A stretch of DNA of 63,879 nt, counting the filler, from Folioceros fuciformis (lineage: Eukaryota), in the NCBI GenBank assembly GCA_049999805.1. It is 7 parts of 7 records of this genome, joined end to end, with 100 filler letters (N's around TTAATTAATTAA, not from the genome) between each part and the next. Parts side by side here need not be neighbours in the genome. Positions count along the whole stretch, not along the records: positions 8,926 to 15,168 come from JBNGIO010003314.1; positions 15,269 to 19,028 come from JBNGIO010003315.1; positions 19,129 to 47,204 come from JBNGIO010003316.1; 4 more parts are not named here. One strand, written 5' to 3'. Below the pieces are notes generated by a model that worked only from the letters and a program-made list of their open reading frames with translations, was not told the DNA's origin and ran no database searches. The position numbers were made by a program, and so were the translations under genes. Positions 10,235 through 22,407 of the stretch are shown here, piece by piece (the first letter of the stretch is position 1; the number at the start of each line of letters is the position of its first letter).

Positions 10235-13200
10235 CGAGCCAGGTTGCATGCGCTCTATGTGCCTGATGCATGCGGGCGGCTCCCCCTGCAAGTTAATGCA
10301 CATCATCCTAGTCTTGCTCCAGTTCACATTGCAACTTGATAACTGCCCAAAAATCTATACCTGCGTGAGCAAGGCCATTAAGGAAGTCATATTTGCTAAG
10401 GAGAAAAGCATAGTGTCGTCAGCAAAAGCTGAGATACGCAGCTGCGAGCCATCGGGGTTCTGAATTCCTTCAATCTGAGAGTCATGCCTCACTGCTCGCA
10501 AAAGAAAATCAGTGACAATAATGAACAGGAATGGGGCCAGTGGGCATCCTTGCCTCACCGAACGCTTAATAGCAAACCTGTCGGTAAGGGAGCCGTTGAT
10601 GGAGACCATTGCTCCTACATCCTCGCAAAGAATTGCAATCCACCTGCATAAGTTTCCAAACCCAAAACAGCGCAGACATCTCCAGAGGAAGTGCCATTCA
10701 ACAGAGTCATAGGCCTTGTAGAAATCTAAGGAAATGAACACTGTTGGTTTGGGATGCGACATAGCATTGTACTTAGCCTCTCGCAAAAGCAGCAAGTTGT
10801 CGAGAATACACCTGTTCTGGACAAAGCCCCGTTGCTCCTCCTCCAACCACTCGTCCAGGAATGGCTTTAGCCTGTTGCAAGAACCTTAGGAATCACTTTG
10901 TAAGTTGTTGTCAGCAAAGTGATAGGTCGCCAGTTAGCAATGGAGAGACTAGCATCTTGTTTAGGTGAAAGGGAGATGAGGCCCAGGTTAAACCAGGGAC
11001 CCATACTACCTTCCTCCCAGATCAAATTCACTACCTCCATGAAAAGTGGGTTCATAAACTCCCACCCCCAGACCAGAAATTCGGAGGGTATTCCGTCATG
11101 CCCAGGGGACTTGTTCCTTGGCATCTCCTTCAGCGCTTGAGCCACCTCTGCAGCTATGATAGGTCCGTCAAGAACACTGCGTTGCTTCTTTGTCACTTTA
11201 GCAGGTAGTTCCCCATATGATGTGCTCCAAAGATCCTCCCACCCTGCAAGCTTCCCAAGACTTGCAAAAATCCCTACGTAAAAGCAGGTAATCAGCTTTT
11301 TCAAGCCATTAAGGGAGTCTTGTCTTATACCTTGCAGGTTCGGAAGAGCAGGAATTCTAGACTTATGTTGCTTCGCCACCACCTTGTCGAAAAAGAACTT
11401 AGAGTGGCAATCTCCTTCTCGCACCCATTTCACTTTAGCACGTTTGTACCATCCCCTAGCTCTATCCTCTTCAAGCTTTGCCAGGTCGCATTGAATTTCC
11501 TTGAGACGCTCTTCCTCTACCTCGGTCAGCGCCCGCTCTTCTCCCATTCTTTGGACATACCCCAGTTCATCCCTAAGGAAATCCTCTGATCGCGCTTTGT
11601 CCTTTTTGCGCTTTGCACCCAGCTTCCTCAAGAAGGTGGTGGCTTCATTATTCGTGCTTATTAGCCTTTGTACAGCTGACTCTTTTCCTTGCTCTATTCC
11701 TTGCCATATCTCCTTGATGCGCTCATACACCACTTCTTCCGTTAGAAGAGACGTATTCATCCGAAATACTCTCTTATCCCTTATGTGACGAATGTCATCT
11801 GGTGATAGCTTCAAGGTCAAGTTGATAGGGTGGTGATCTGATAACACTGTGCCAGCCAAAATACAGTAGTCCTGCACAAAAGGTAGCCACCCAGTTGGGA
11901 CATAGAATCTATCCAATCTTCAGGCCCCAAAGGCTGCCGACTGTTGATTGGACCAGCTGAACCTGAGAGAGTCCTTCTGACAATGTGCTGGAAGAGCCAT
12001 CCAAGGATCTTGCACATTTAGACTTGTGTCCCTCAGTTCTTGCCACGATAGGGGGACCCTCCGGGAATCCACCTCGCTGTTCCCTTGGATGTCCTCTCGC
12101 CTTTCGACGAAATTGAAATCTCCCGCCAGCATCCATGGTATCTGGTCATTCAAATGCTCACCTAATCTCCCCCACAAGAGACTCCTCTCCGCACCCTTGT
12201 TAGGGGCATAGATGTTGCAAATGCCCAAAGGGCCCTAAGAAGTCTGCAACACCACCCAAACAAATCTCCCCAGTTCACCTTGTCCTGTCTCCAACACATT
12301 TTGCGATTGCTCTAGGTGGATCGTAATAGAGACCCCTCCCCTCGTGGCTAACACACATTCACCGGGGTTAGCACTGTCTCTCTCCTCTGCAGATCTTGCC
12401 TGACCCCATATTGTTCAACCTGGCAGGAAGATCTTCTTGATATGCTGAATGTGCTCAGCCGACAACTTGTGTTCCTGGAGACACACCACGTCCCAAGCGA
12501 ATTCACCTTGTAGGAACTGCTGCAGCCTCCGACACTTCAACGCCGATTTCGACAGACTGCCTAAACCTCATACATTCCAGAAGAGGACCCGCATGTGAGT
12601 TCCTTGGTCGTACTTCCCCAAGCGGTCAATTCCCATCAACACTGTTCTGCTGATTCAATAGTTTACGGACTGCATTGGATTTTGAAGCACGGATGTTTTC
12701 GCTATCCATCAGTCGCGCATGAGGGCTACTTGGCTTGCGTTCTTGCGCCTTCTGCTGTAGCCGCTGTGATTTCCGTACCGCTGTAGCCACCACATCTTCA
12801 AATAGCACACTCCCATCACCACCCCTTCCTTCCTGGACCATAGCCTTCCCAGTATGACCTTCCGCCCAAGGAGCTGATAGGATCCATCTCCACTCTGCCT
12901 TCAAGGGAAGAACTAGCGTAGTGGCTTCCTTAAGATGGATGTCTACAAAAAGTCCCGTATCTGATTGGTAGACACCACTAAAATATTCCACTTCCTTCCC
13001 TTCTTTACTCGTTAGAACTCCTCCCGCTACTAATAGCTTGAAGATCTTCTCCTTTAACGTGCGCGACGGTTTTGCGAAAATGGATACTGGAGTCGCCCCT
13101 CCTTCGGGACACACCAAGGCCAGATATTGGTTTTGGCCCCTCATCTTCCTAGCCACAGCAACATGTATCAGCCCCGTGTTTGTTGAGGTAGCAAGGGCAA

Positions 13201-14678
13201 CTAGGTGTTCCTCTACAGTAATGAAAGTGGATGCCCTATACTAGCCCGCTTCCCGGCGTTAATTATCGTTTAAGTTAAAGCACGGTGCCCTAGCGCAATG
13301 TTACCCGTCAACCATTGTACTCGTTCACGGGACATAACCTTTAAGGCCTCACACACACATTGCATAATTGAATCTATCTTCTTTTCCCTACGCTCTGTGC
13401 TATCGATCCTATGCTATACAGGAGGGGGACAAAGTCATTGAGCGCATAGGATCAGATCCCCGCGCCCCGGACCCTACCGACTGAGAAGGCTTGCTATCAT
13501 CTGAGTTAAAAGCTATAATGGCTCCTTCCTCATTTGAGAAACCAGCTGGCACTTCTTGCCAGATTGGCTCAAGTTCTTCTTCTGTACACGGGGTAGAAAA
13601 ACACTCCTCCCGTAGGGAAACTATGTGTCTCCCAGGGGGACTTAGACAGTTATTGACAAGGGGCTCAATCATCAGTATCTCACCACCGCCCTCATTGGAG
13701 CCATCTGTAAGCCTGACCCCCTGATTTATAGCCCCCGGTCGAGACCCCTCCCCAATTTCCTTTTGACCTTGTCGCTCCCCCTAGGTCTTTGCCACCTTCA
13801 CATCCGATTGCGCCCATCCACTACCCACTCTACCTTTCTTAAGTTCAGGCGAGGCAGCAGCCTAGGTCCATCTCTGAACCGCTTTGTGGAGGACCTTCCT
13901 CGCCACAGCAACATCAATTTGATCTTGCTGTAAAGGAAAACCTGGGATGTCATCCGGTCTGCGGGCTCTTTTCCCTCTACCAATGCCTAAGTTCGCATTA
14001 TCCTTGGGCGCTTGTAGTCCATCAAAACCGGACATCCTCTTATGTAGAGGATTCGGTTGGGTTTGCAACTACCCTCCTGCCCTGCTGGGATGGACACGCT
14101 GCTGCCGCCCAGCTTTAGTTCCCTGGGCTGGGGGGGCGGCTAGGCACATATCCCCAGTCTGGGGAGTTTTTGTAGATTCACTTGCGGGCCAGTATCTTTC
14201 CTCAAGCTTGGCTAGATGCGCATGTTGTCCTTCATCGTAGGAAAGGTGACTGGGATTTCCAGCACTATAGGCCTTCCCTGCTGGGACCATCTCCCTTGCC
14301 TCCTCCCCTATGACTCCTCCCAAATCACCGGAAAGAGCAAACTCCGCCTCCTCCTCATAACTCTCATGCCTTCCCACATTTCTCACTTCCTGGCCCAAAG
14401 GCCTCACCCAACATGCTGCTTGGGGCTAGGTTGACCGGTACCTCTCTAGCCTGACCTTCACCTCGTTGCTTCCCGACACTAACTTGAGTACCTGAAATCG
14501 TTCCAAGTGACATGTTAGCATCCCGTTGACTACTCTCCTTGTCACCTCTCGAGCTGGCCCCGGGTGTCTTCTCCAACTTTACAGGCCACGGATCTGACCC
14601 GCAACAGTCAGCGTGCCCTGCCTCCAAGCTCTTTGACTTTGCCACCGTCTCCAAGTCCACACCCACCCTATTCCTCTG
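10235..14678 (-). mobile_element. Degenerate L1-clade LINE (ORF1 remnants, endonuclease and reverse transcriptase)
   Basis: ORF2 starts at 12594 (MRVLFWNV*GL...VVCLQEHKL). EN motifs NIYAPN, GDFN, DRFYV, SDHHPI. RT motifs KSPGHDG, WRPITLL, LDFYKAYDSVEW, VRQGCPLAP, FADD. Several in-frame stops. ORF1 remnants span 12626-14678. Confidence 0.92.
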
Positions 14679-15168
14679 TGTGAACGGTTTGGGGTTGTAG
14701 TTTGTTTTGGTTGAAAAAGGGTTAATAGTGGTATGGTATGGTTTTCTTTTTCTACTTCTTTTTCCCAAATTTTCTTTAATTTTTTTTTTTTTTTTTTATT
14801 TTTCTTTGTGCTAATTAGGTTAATTGACTAGGAAATAGTTGGTTTGGTTATTAAAGTGGGTACTGGTCTGGTTCCAGACCAGAGAAAGTTTAGGTCCGGT
14901 ACCGGGCCATAGGGTTGGGAAAGTGTGAGTCTAGGTTTGGTGATTAGTTTAATTAAAGATATATAATATTAAATGCTTAAATAATAATAGAATAATATAA
15001 ACTAAATAAAATAATAAAATAATGGTCTCAACTTAGGAACGGGAATATTTGGGGTATGTCAATGTCAAGGGTCAGGGTCTGACGTCAGGCTGGCTGGCCT
15101 GAACGGTCATGGAGGCTGTGCCCTAGAGGCAGGGGTTGCGGCCGCCCCCATCCCCCTCACTTCCACCC
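14679..15168 (+). mobile_element. LTR fragment (TGTGAAC family) inserted in LINE ORF1
   Basis: Begins TGTGAAC. Homologous to 8073-8314 and, over a longer stretch, to the inverted copy at ~47870-48277. Confidence 0.65.
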
Positions 15169-15569
15169 NNNNNNNNNNNNNNNNNNNNNNNNNNNNNNNN
15201 NNNNNNNNNNNNTTAATTAATTAANNNNNNNNNNNNNNNNNNNNNNNNNNNNNNNNNNNNNNNNNNNNTGCTGAGCTCCAACAACACATTCACACTTGCT
15301 AGTACTCAATCTTATCATCGCAACAAGTACAAAATATAATGAAGATATCTTATTAGTATACATAATGTTATAAGATATTACCAGTAAATTATACTTAATT
15401 ATAGTTTTACAATTTAATTAAGTAATTTTATTTCATAAAATATTCATCAAAATAATTTAATTAATTTAAATGGAAAGAGATTTTTTATTTATAAAGTATA
15501 AGATCAACTTATTCTATTCGTCAAAATCTGATAAACGATGGAAGTGCAAAGACAACCATCTCATCAAGA

Positions 15570-15644
15570 TGGAGACGAGAGGGGTATCAATTCTCGTACC
15601 TGTTGCATGCTAAGAGAGCGCTCTACCATCTGAGCTACATCCCC
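15570..15644 (-). tRNA. tRNA-Ala(AGC), probable pseudogene
   Basis: Reverse complement GGGGATGTAGCTCAGATGGTAGAGCGCTCTCTTAGCATGCAACAGGTACGAGAATTGATACCCCTCTCGTCTCCA. The 5' half matches plant tRNA-Ala(AGC). The anticodon stem and T-arm have mismatches and there is a ~2 nt insertion. Confidence 0.85.
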
Positions 15645-18192
15645 GACCTGTGTAAAAGGGACAAAAAAAATTACAATTTACTTTACTACGATGCCCACAA
15701 TGCACTAAGACTGCCTATGTCCCTGAGAGCGAGAGGGGAAGAAACCGCACCATCTTCCCGGCAATTGGTTGTTGCAAACGTTTTCTTTGATCTCAACAGA
15801 ACCCTATGTAGACTTTTTTAGCCCAAGCAAAATAGCAGACTAGACAGATCGGGCTTCACATTGGCGAGCTTCATCAGCAGCAAACTCTGTTGGTCGGGGA
15901 TAGAAAGCTTCGTACAACTTGTGTGGAACGAAACCAGTTTTTGTTGAACAAACAAGCAGCACTGGTTTCACTTTCACGAAGAAGGAGTTGTGCGAAAAGA
16001 TGGCTTAGCGTCATTGTCATTTGTAGATAGGAGAGTGTGGGAAGACAAGAACACACAAGGGAACATCCTGTTGGTGCAGTTCTTGGCGGACGACTAGGAA
16101 AATGAGACAGCAGCTTGCTTTAGGAGTCATACGTTGGCTCTGATTGGTGGGATTAGAAGCATCTGATGCTACCCGGCGTGGCTATTTCAAAGGCATGATG
16201 AGCGTACAGGTATGAACAAGCCCGCACGGTCCTGTGCCCTCCATCCTTGCACTAACCAGTAGCTTGGTCTCACCTCTTTCTCCAGGGCAAGGGACCTTAG
16301 CTTGCTGCCGTTGTCGGTGAATTCATGTACTGCAAGTAACAGTGTCAATGAGGCAAGAGGTCGGCCAATTAGTTGAGCAAATCGATGAAGGCAACAAAAT
16401 CTGCTCGTTCTAGCATTTCCAGCAAGGAGATATGCTCGTTGTGATGGTTTCATGTTTCTGGTAGTGATACATTCCTTTAAGCACAAGTTGGTTTGGTTGA
16501 TATCAGAGACGAGAGATTTTGATGGGCTGCCGTATCCCTGGCTCAGCATGCGAGTGCTCAGACGTCTGAGCAACATCCCTGCTAGTTGTTAGAGGTTATT
16601 GAACAGCATCAAGGAGGAAAAACACGGAAGCAGTGCTCCAGATGCAGCAGTTGGACGAGAGGGAAAACATGTCATCCTTGAGGCTGTTCGCCGAGCAGAG
16701 CACGAAGCGTGATACCGACCGCCGTAGTTTCATCCAAGCGGGAGATTTGCAGGCTCCAGGAGTCCTTGGGACCGCTGAACAGATCTTGTCGTTAAACATC
16801 AATGGTTTCGTGAAGCATCACTCTTGAAAATCGCCACACTTAGCTAACTTCAGGCGAGCTGGTTTCCGCTACCTCCCGTCACCCAGCTTTGTACGTGGTG
16901 GGTGCAGGCTGGACATGCTCATACGACAAGTTGGGCAGCCGCCCAACAAGCTGTTTTGGAGCATTTTTGTGGCATCAATCGTGTGACCAAAGCTTGGGAG
17001 CAGTAGGAGAGTCCTCTTCACTGCAGGCTAGATCCAGACTAAGCAAAGCAGCAGAGGGGACGCGGACAGGATTCTTGTGGACAGAACCGTCCTAGATGTA
17101 ACATGAATGGGAGACCACTGATGAGGAAGACCATCCTCACCTGGCAAAGCGACCTAGGCGGTGCAGTCAGGTACACCCTTCGTTCCCACTGCTGCTGTTG
17201 GAAGGGGTCAGATGGCATTGCCATTGAGTTTGCATGATGAAGCTGCCTCCTGCACCAGCCTCCTCCTCCTCCACAGACTAACGGTGAGATACACACTCCC
17301 GTCAGAACATCTTCCAAAGCGGAGGTTCTGGGGTGAAGCAAGGCATGACGACTGACTGCTCTCGCTCTTGCTGTTGAGGCAAGAACCCTCCAGTTACCAA
17401 GAGGTGATCTCGGTTGTTGCTGAACAACGAGCCGGATGGATATCCGGCAGTGATCTGCAATCCCTTCATGCCAACCCTCACCTCCACAGCATGGCTCTCG
17501 GGCCGACTCTCCATGAATAGGCAAGATTCCCACGTGTGCTGGTTGTCTAGGTCAGTCACGTCACTTCGCCGGCCCTCCAGCCAAGCCGGGCCAGTCACCG
17601 AGTTCTCTTAAGTCGTCACCGGAGCCAGTATTTTCCCCTCCACATACAAATCCAGGCCAGAAAGGTTAGGCAAAGCCAAAAGCGAAGTGTCCATCCACCC
17701 ACAACAGGTAAGCCAAACCTAGAAGCAAAACAAACCTTTCTTGAAGAAAGGTTAGGCAAAGCCAGAAGCAAACTATCGTACCTGATAATGAAGTCAAGCA
17801 CAAGCATCGATGCGGGATCGACTGGCCATGACCTCCCGAATTTGTCTCACACGCATCCGCTAGCGTCCAAACGCGGGCACAGATGCCTTATCTGGAAACA
17901 TGTGGAGATAACACCCGTCTCCAAGAAGTTTCTAGATGGGGCCGGTTGCATGGGACAAATTCGGGCTGGTGGCACGCTTGAGCGCCAGAGTGGAGTGGTT
18001 GCCCTGGATCTGCACTCTGCCCACAGCTTGATGTGCATCTGCCTTGTCCTGCCTTCTCTTGTCAAGCGTTGGCTTGGCCTGGTTTGGGTAGCTTGTTGTG
18101 GGCACCCCGCAAAGCAGCATCGCATCGTCATGTTTCCCAGTAGCTGTGGAAAGTAAAAGCAAGCATAGTGCATAGAATAGTGGAGACGAATT

Positions 18193-18270
18193 TGGTTGGG
18201 ATGGGTGGGGTGGGGTGGGGTTGGGTTGGCCTGGGCTGGGCTGGTCTGGTCTGGCCTGGTCTGGTCTTGG
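18193..18270 (+). repeat. G-rich pentamer array (GGGGT/GGGTT/GGGCT/GGTCT)
   Basis: ~15 pentamer units seen directly, with stepwise sequence change along the array. Confidence 0.9.
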
Positions 18271-18840
18271 CTAAACTGGCCGGCAGGTGCTTGGGAGTGA
18301 AACCGGAGGCATGTCTCTCCTCTCCCGGGCTTACGTACGAAGTACACCTGGAGGAGTATGAGGAGAAGGTGTCCATGTATAGTACCACACGGGCTTGCTT
18401 ATATCTCGAGGGAGGAAGTTGTGAGTACTCTTGTGGAAGCTGTGCTTGAGTCATGTAAGTACTCTTAGAGCTCAGCAGCAGACCAAATGGATATGGTACG
18501 GCAGTAACCATAGAAACACTGCACAGCGCTGATAACCAAAACATTTCTCGTTCTGGGTCCGCTGCGCTGCCACGAGAAGCAGTTAGAGTCGGTGTGCGGT
18601 GCTGTGCATGGATTTACGTATGTATGTACATACAATCCTTTCTCTGACTTATCCACACATTCCGCAAGCCCAGCAGGTAGAGACTGTGGTGCTCGCAAAA
18701 CGCAGTAGAGTCATGAGGGAGGAGAAGTGGGGAAAGTGCTGTGTACTAGTACCACCAATCCCGTCTCAAAATTCCAACCCCCACAACAAAGATGCAAACT
18801 GATTCCACAAGGACAAACGATCCAGCGTCCCATGAAAACT

Positions 18841-18929
18841 TGGGTATGGGCTGTGTTGGGCTGGATTTGGCTAGGTTGGGCTGGGCTGGGCTGGGCTGGG
18901 CTGTGCTGTGCTGTGCTGTGTTGTGCTGG
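18841..18929 (+). repeat. Pentamer array (TGGGC/TGTGC)
   Basis: ~17 pentamer units seen directly. Confidence 0.9.
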
Positions 18930-19128
18930 ACCAACAATCCGTCGCTTCCATGCTGCCAGGTGTTCCCATGGTCTCATGGCGTCACTCCAAAGTTCTGGAA
19001 GAGGAAGCTTGTGTTACGGCACTGTGGCNNNNNNNNNNNNNNNNNNNNNNNNNNNNNNNNNNNNNNNNNNNNTTAATTAATTAANNNNNNNNNNNNNNNN
19101 NNNNNNNNNNNNNNNNNNNNNNNNNNNN

Positions 19129-20229
19129 GGTAAGGGGGGGTGGTGCAATGGGAGCAACTGGCGGGCTGGAAGGGGACACAGATGGAGAAGCGACTGGTGG
19201 GGAAAGGGGAGCTGGAGCAGGAGCAAGGAGGGAAGAGACGATCTCCTTGGGTACCAGGACTTGGTCGACAGAGAAGATGGAGACGGGGTAGTTCTCGTAC
19301 ACAGCCCGCTCTGCCAGGCGGGCGGAGACTGCGCCAGTTCCGAGGAATACCAGCCCGTTGGTGGAGGAGATGGAGATTTCGTAATCCGACTGCGAGGAGG
19401 TGGTAGCAAAAGTGGTCAGATAGGTGTTGCTGCTCACCAGATCGAAGTAGGATCTTGGATAGTACTCCGGCAGAACATGGTACTTGAGAAGAGCAGTTTT
19501 CTGGTCGGAGGACAGCTTCCCAAACTTGTCTGCAGAGAAAGTGGTGGCAAAAACTGTGTCGTTGGGAGCCAGCAGCGAGAGTCCTGATGGTGCCTTGTTC
19601 TGAATCACGGACTCCAGTTGAGTGGATTGGAGCAAGTTGATGAGCGTGTTGTATGATCCCGTCTTGACGAGCACGTCGGTGACGTTGACAGAAATCTCTG
19701 ACTGAGCCAGTCCGTAAGGGATGAGCACAGTGGAGATGTCGAAGACGCTCAGATTGTAGGGCATGGCGGCCAGTTGCTTGAGTATCTGTGCCGATTTGGC
19801 TCCCTCGTTTCTGTGACTGATGCCAATGGTGCCGTCGTCCTCCAGAGCCACGTCCACGATGCCGGCATCTCCCTGAGCCCTGCCCGTTGTCTGATACAGC
19901 GTGGTGACTGTAGAATTCTTGGCGGAATGGAGTTCGGGGCTGTCGAAGTACTGTAACAGAACATGAAAGCGGAGGATGTCCGCAACCACGCCCGCATCAT
20001 GTTGCTGCACCACTGGGAGGAGAATCTTGTTGGAGGGAGCCAGCACGGTGATGGAGGACCGCGAGTTGATCTCGTACGCAACCCCCGTCTTCAACAGAAA
20101 GTAGTTGAAGACGGAGTAGTTCCCATAGCTCGACAGCACGGAAGTGATGTTGTGGGACGACTGCGCCCATGCCGTAGCAGCCGCTGACAAGAAGAGTGCA
20201 GCTGCAAACAACAGCGACTTTATCCTCAT
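19129..20229 (-). CDS. FLA: Fasciclin-like arabinogalactan protein (two FAS1 domains), 3' end lost in gap
   Basis: Signal peptide; NITSVLS; ITVLAPSN and LSLLAPND (H1 motifs); LRFHVL and LKYHVL; YNLSVFDISTVLIP and SIFSVDQVLVP (H2 motifs); AP/SP-rich AGP tail. Intronless ORF. Confidence 0.95.
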
Positions 20230-22407
20230 GTTGGCTTGAGACTGAGATGACCCGCTGCCACACCTGTGTCAAATTGCCGCCGCGCAAATCACCATTAGTT
20301 CAATTCAAAGACACATTACACAAAAAGAACAAGCTGCTATACTTCAACAGATCAAGCTTGGGGGCTCTTCAACAGGCATAGAAGGTAAGTAGCAAGGAAA
20401 GAACTCAACAGCCGGAGCTGAAGCTTGAACGACGAACAGTTTGGTCAGATGAAACAATTGAGTGCAACGAGACAAAAGAAAGGCTGAGAGTGGTTACAGG
20501 TAGCAGCATCAAGATTATGACACCGACGTTCCACAATCAGCGTTCCTCATGAAGTGCGAGCTCTGGGCTAACACGTACAATCAAAGCCTCGAAGGAACCG
20601 CCTAAATGTTAGGCTAGAATAAAGAAAAAGTACGCCTGGAAAGAAACGGCACAAGCTCCAAGAAGAGAGCTGTGAAGTGCCAGACTCTTGTGCAAATTAC
20701 GTCCATGCCAGTCAAGAACGACAGAGGCGCGTTGCTTCGCAAAGAAGTGCAAAATCTTGAATTCCATTGAGGCAGTGCGCATACAACGCTGCCACAATTG
20801 AGCTTGCTGCTTAGGAAACGAGAAGCAGGAGAAGAAAAATACAAGTCCAGCTTGGGGACAAAGAAATACGCACTTCTTGCCTGGCCCAGCAGAAGGCAAG
20901 CTTGAAGCAACCAGCAATGACTCCTTGCGAAAGCAAAGCATCAAATGTAGCACCAAGATCAATCGGCTTGAGATCAACGTGAATTACCCGAGCAGACAAC
21001 GTGTGAATGGCTGAATCGCAAGGCACAAGCGCAACGAGGTCTCAAGCTTCGCTCAGCCGAGGAGATGAGTATCAGCAGAGCAGACCCCGAGAGAGAAGAA
21101 ATGAATCATGCTTACGAGCGGCGGGGGAGGTAAGGCGGGAAAAGACAACGGTCATGTCGTGGGCGACCGGTCGCCGAGATAGGCGGCCCCATGTCGCGGT
21201 TTCTTGAGATTTGCGACGTACGACCAATGAAGGTGCCGATTACAATCTCTCATGGACCGTACACAGCCTGTTATGAGTAACTTCAAACTTCGTATCTAAT
21301 TGAATTGGAGAAATGCTTTGTTACTGGTACGTAGCTACTCTAAACAGGCCCCGCGAACACCTATTCACACTGTACCCAAAAAAGCCGATTCCCTTGCAGC
21401 CTGAGGGAGGCACTTCGGTACCAGACCCTAAAAATTGCTACTCGCAAAGCGCAGTACAGTGCACGCTCCGGGAGAGGGGTTCAGTGATGGTTGGGACCTT
21501 CAACCAGGGAATGTAACTCGGGTTGGAAAGTATGCACGAACTTCCTTCACAAACGCCAGTTGCGCCAAGGAACGCACCGGCTGGCGAGCCCCACATCCTG
21601 GAGCGGAGCCGCAGATGTTAGTCCGCGATGTGAGGTCTCCGTTCAAGTTCAAGCTCATTAACAACAGTAGGGGCTCTGCACAGATATTGAAGCTAGCAAA
21701 TGATAGCAGGAGGGACCGCACCGTGGCGGTGGAACAAAAGCGGGAGCTACAAATACGATGGGAGGAACTAGCCTCCCCGCTGCAAGCCCAGAAGAGAACC
21801 TTGCCAACTTAAAGGTTGCTTGCATCTATGGCGTAAAAACACCCGTGTGGTAGCTTAGATTATTTCCAACTTGGCTGCAAACGAGCCACTTCCTTCACTG
21901 CTCCGGCCTGTACACAACCCAGCAAGGGGGGCAGTTTGGGTGTCAACATGCATGCTCTAACTCATTCGATGCTTTAACACAGAAATGCAGCTGCCTGCTA
22001 GAATCTGCACTGGTTTTCAGGAGATGGGTTTCTCAGAGCACACTGCTGAGCCACATAGTCAGCAGCATGACAAACAAGGGTTGTCACTACAGTACATAGG
22101 ACAAGCAAAATGTAATGCAACTCTCTACTAGCATGGCCGAAAGTCTAGAGTGGATGGATGCAGATTCAAACCTGCAACACAAGCAGAGATCATGAACGGC
22201 TCTCATCTGAACTGTTCGATGCCCTGACATTTAGGTTAGAGATGAAATAGAACCATCAAAAAGCTGGTTCCACCAGGGAGCTTGCTTGATGGAAACACTG
22301 GCTAGTGAGGTGATGCCATTAGACAAAGTTTCGGCACAAACCATCTTCAAACTGCTCGGACCGATGTCCACTATGATGTAGCGACACCTCTCGCTGGCTG
22401 TCCAGGG

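Noticed and set aside
16100-17600. Coding-like region, possible BTB/POZ start (SLNING)
   Set aside because: Multiple stops in all frames and no further BTB motif; not supportable.
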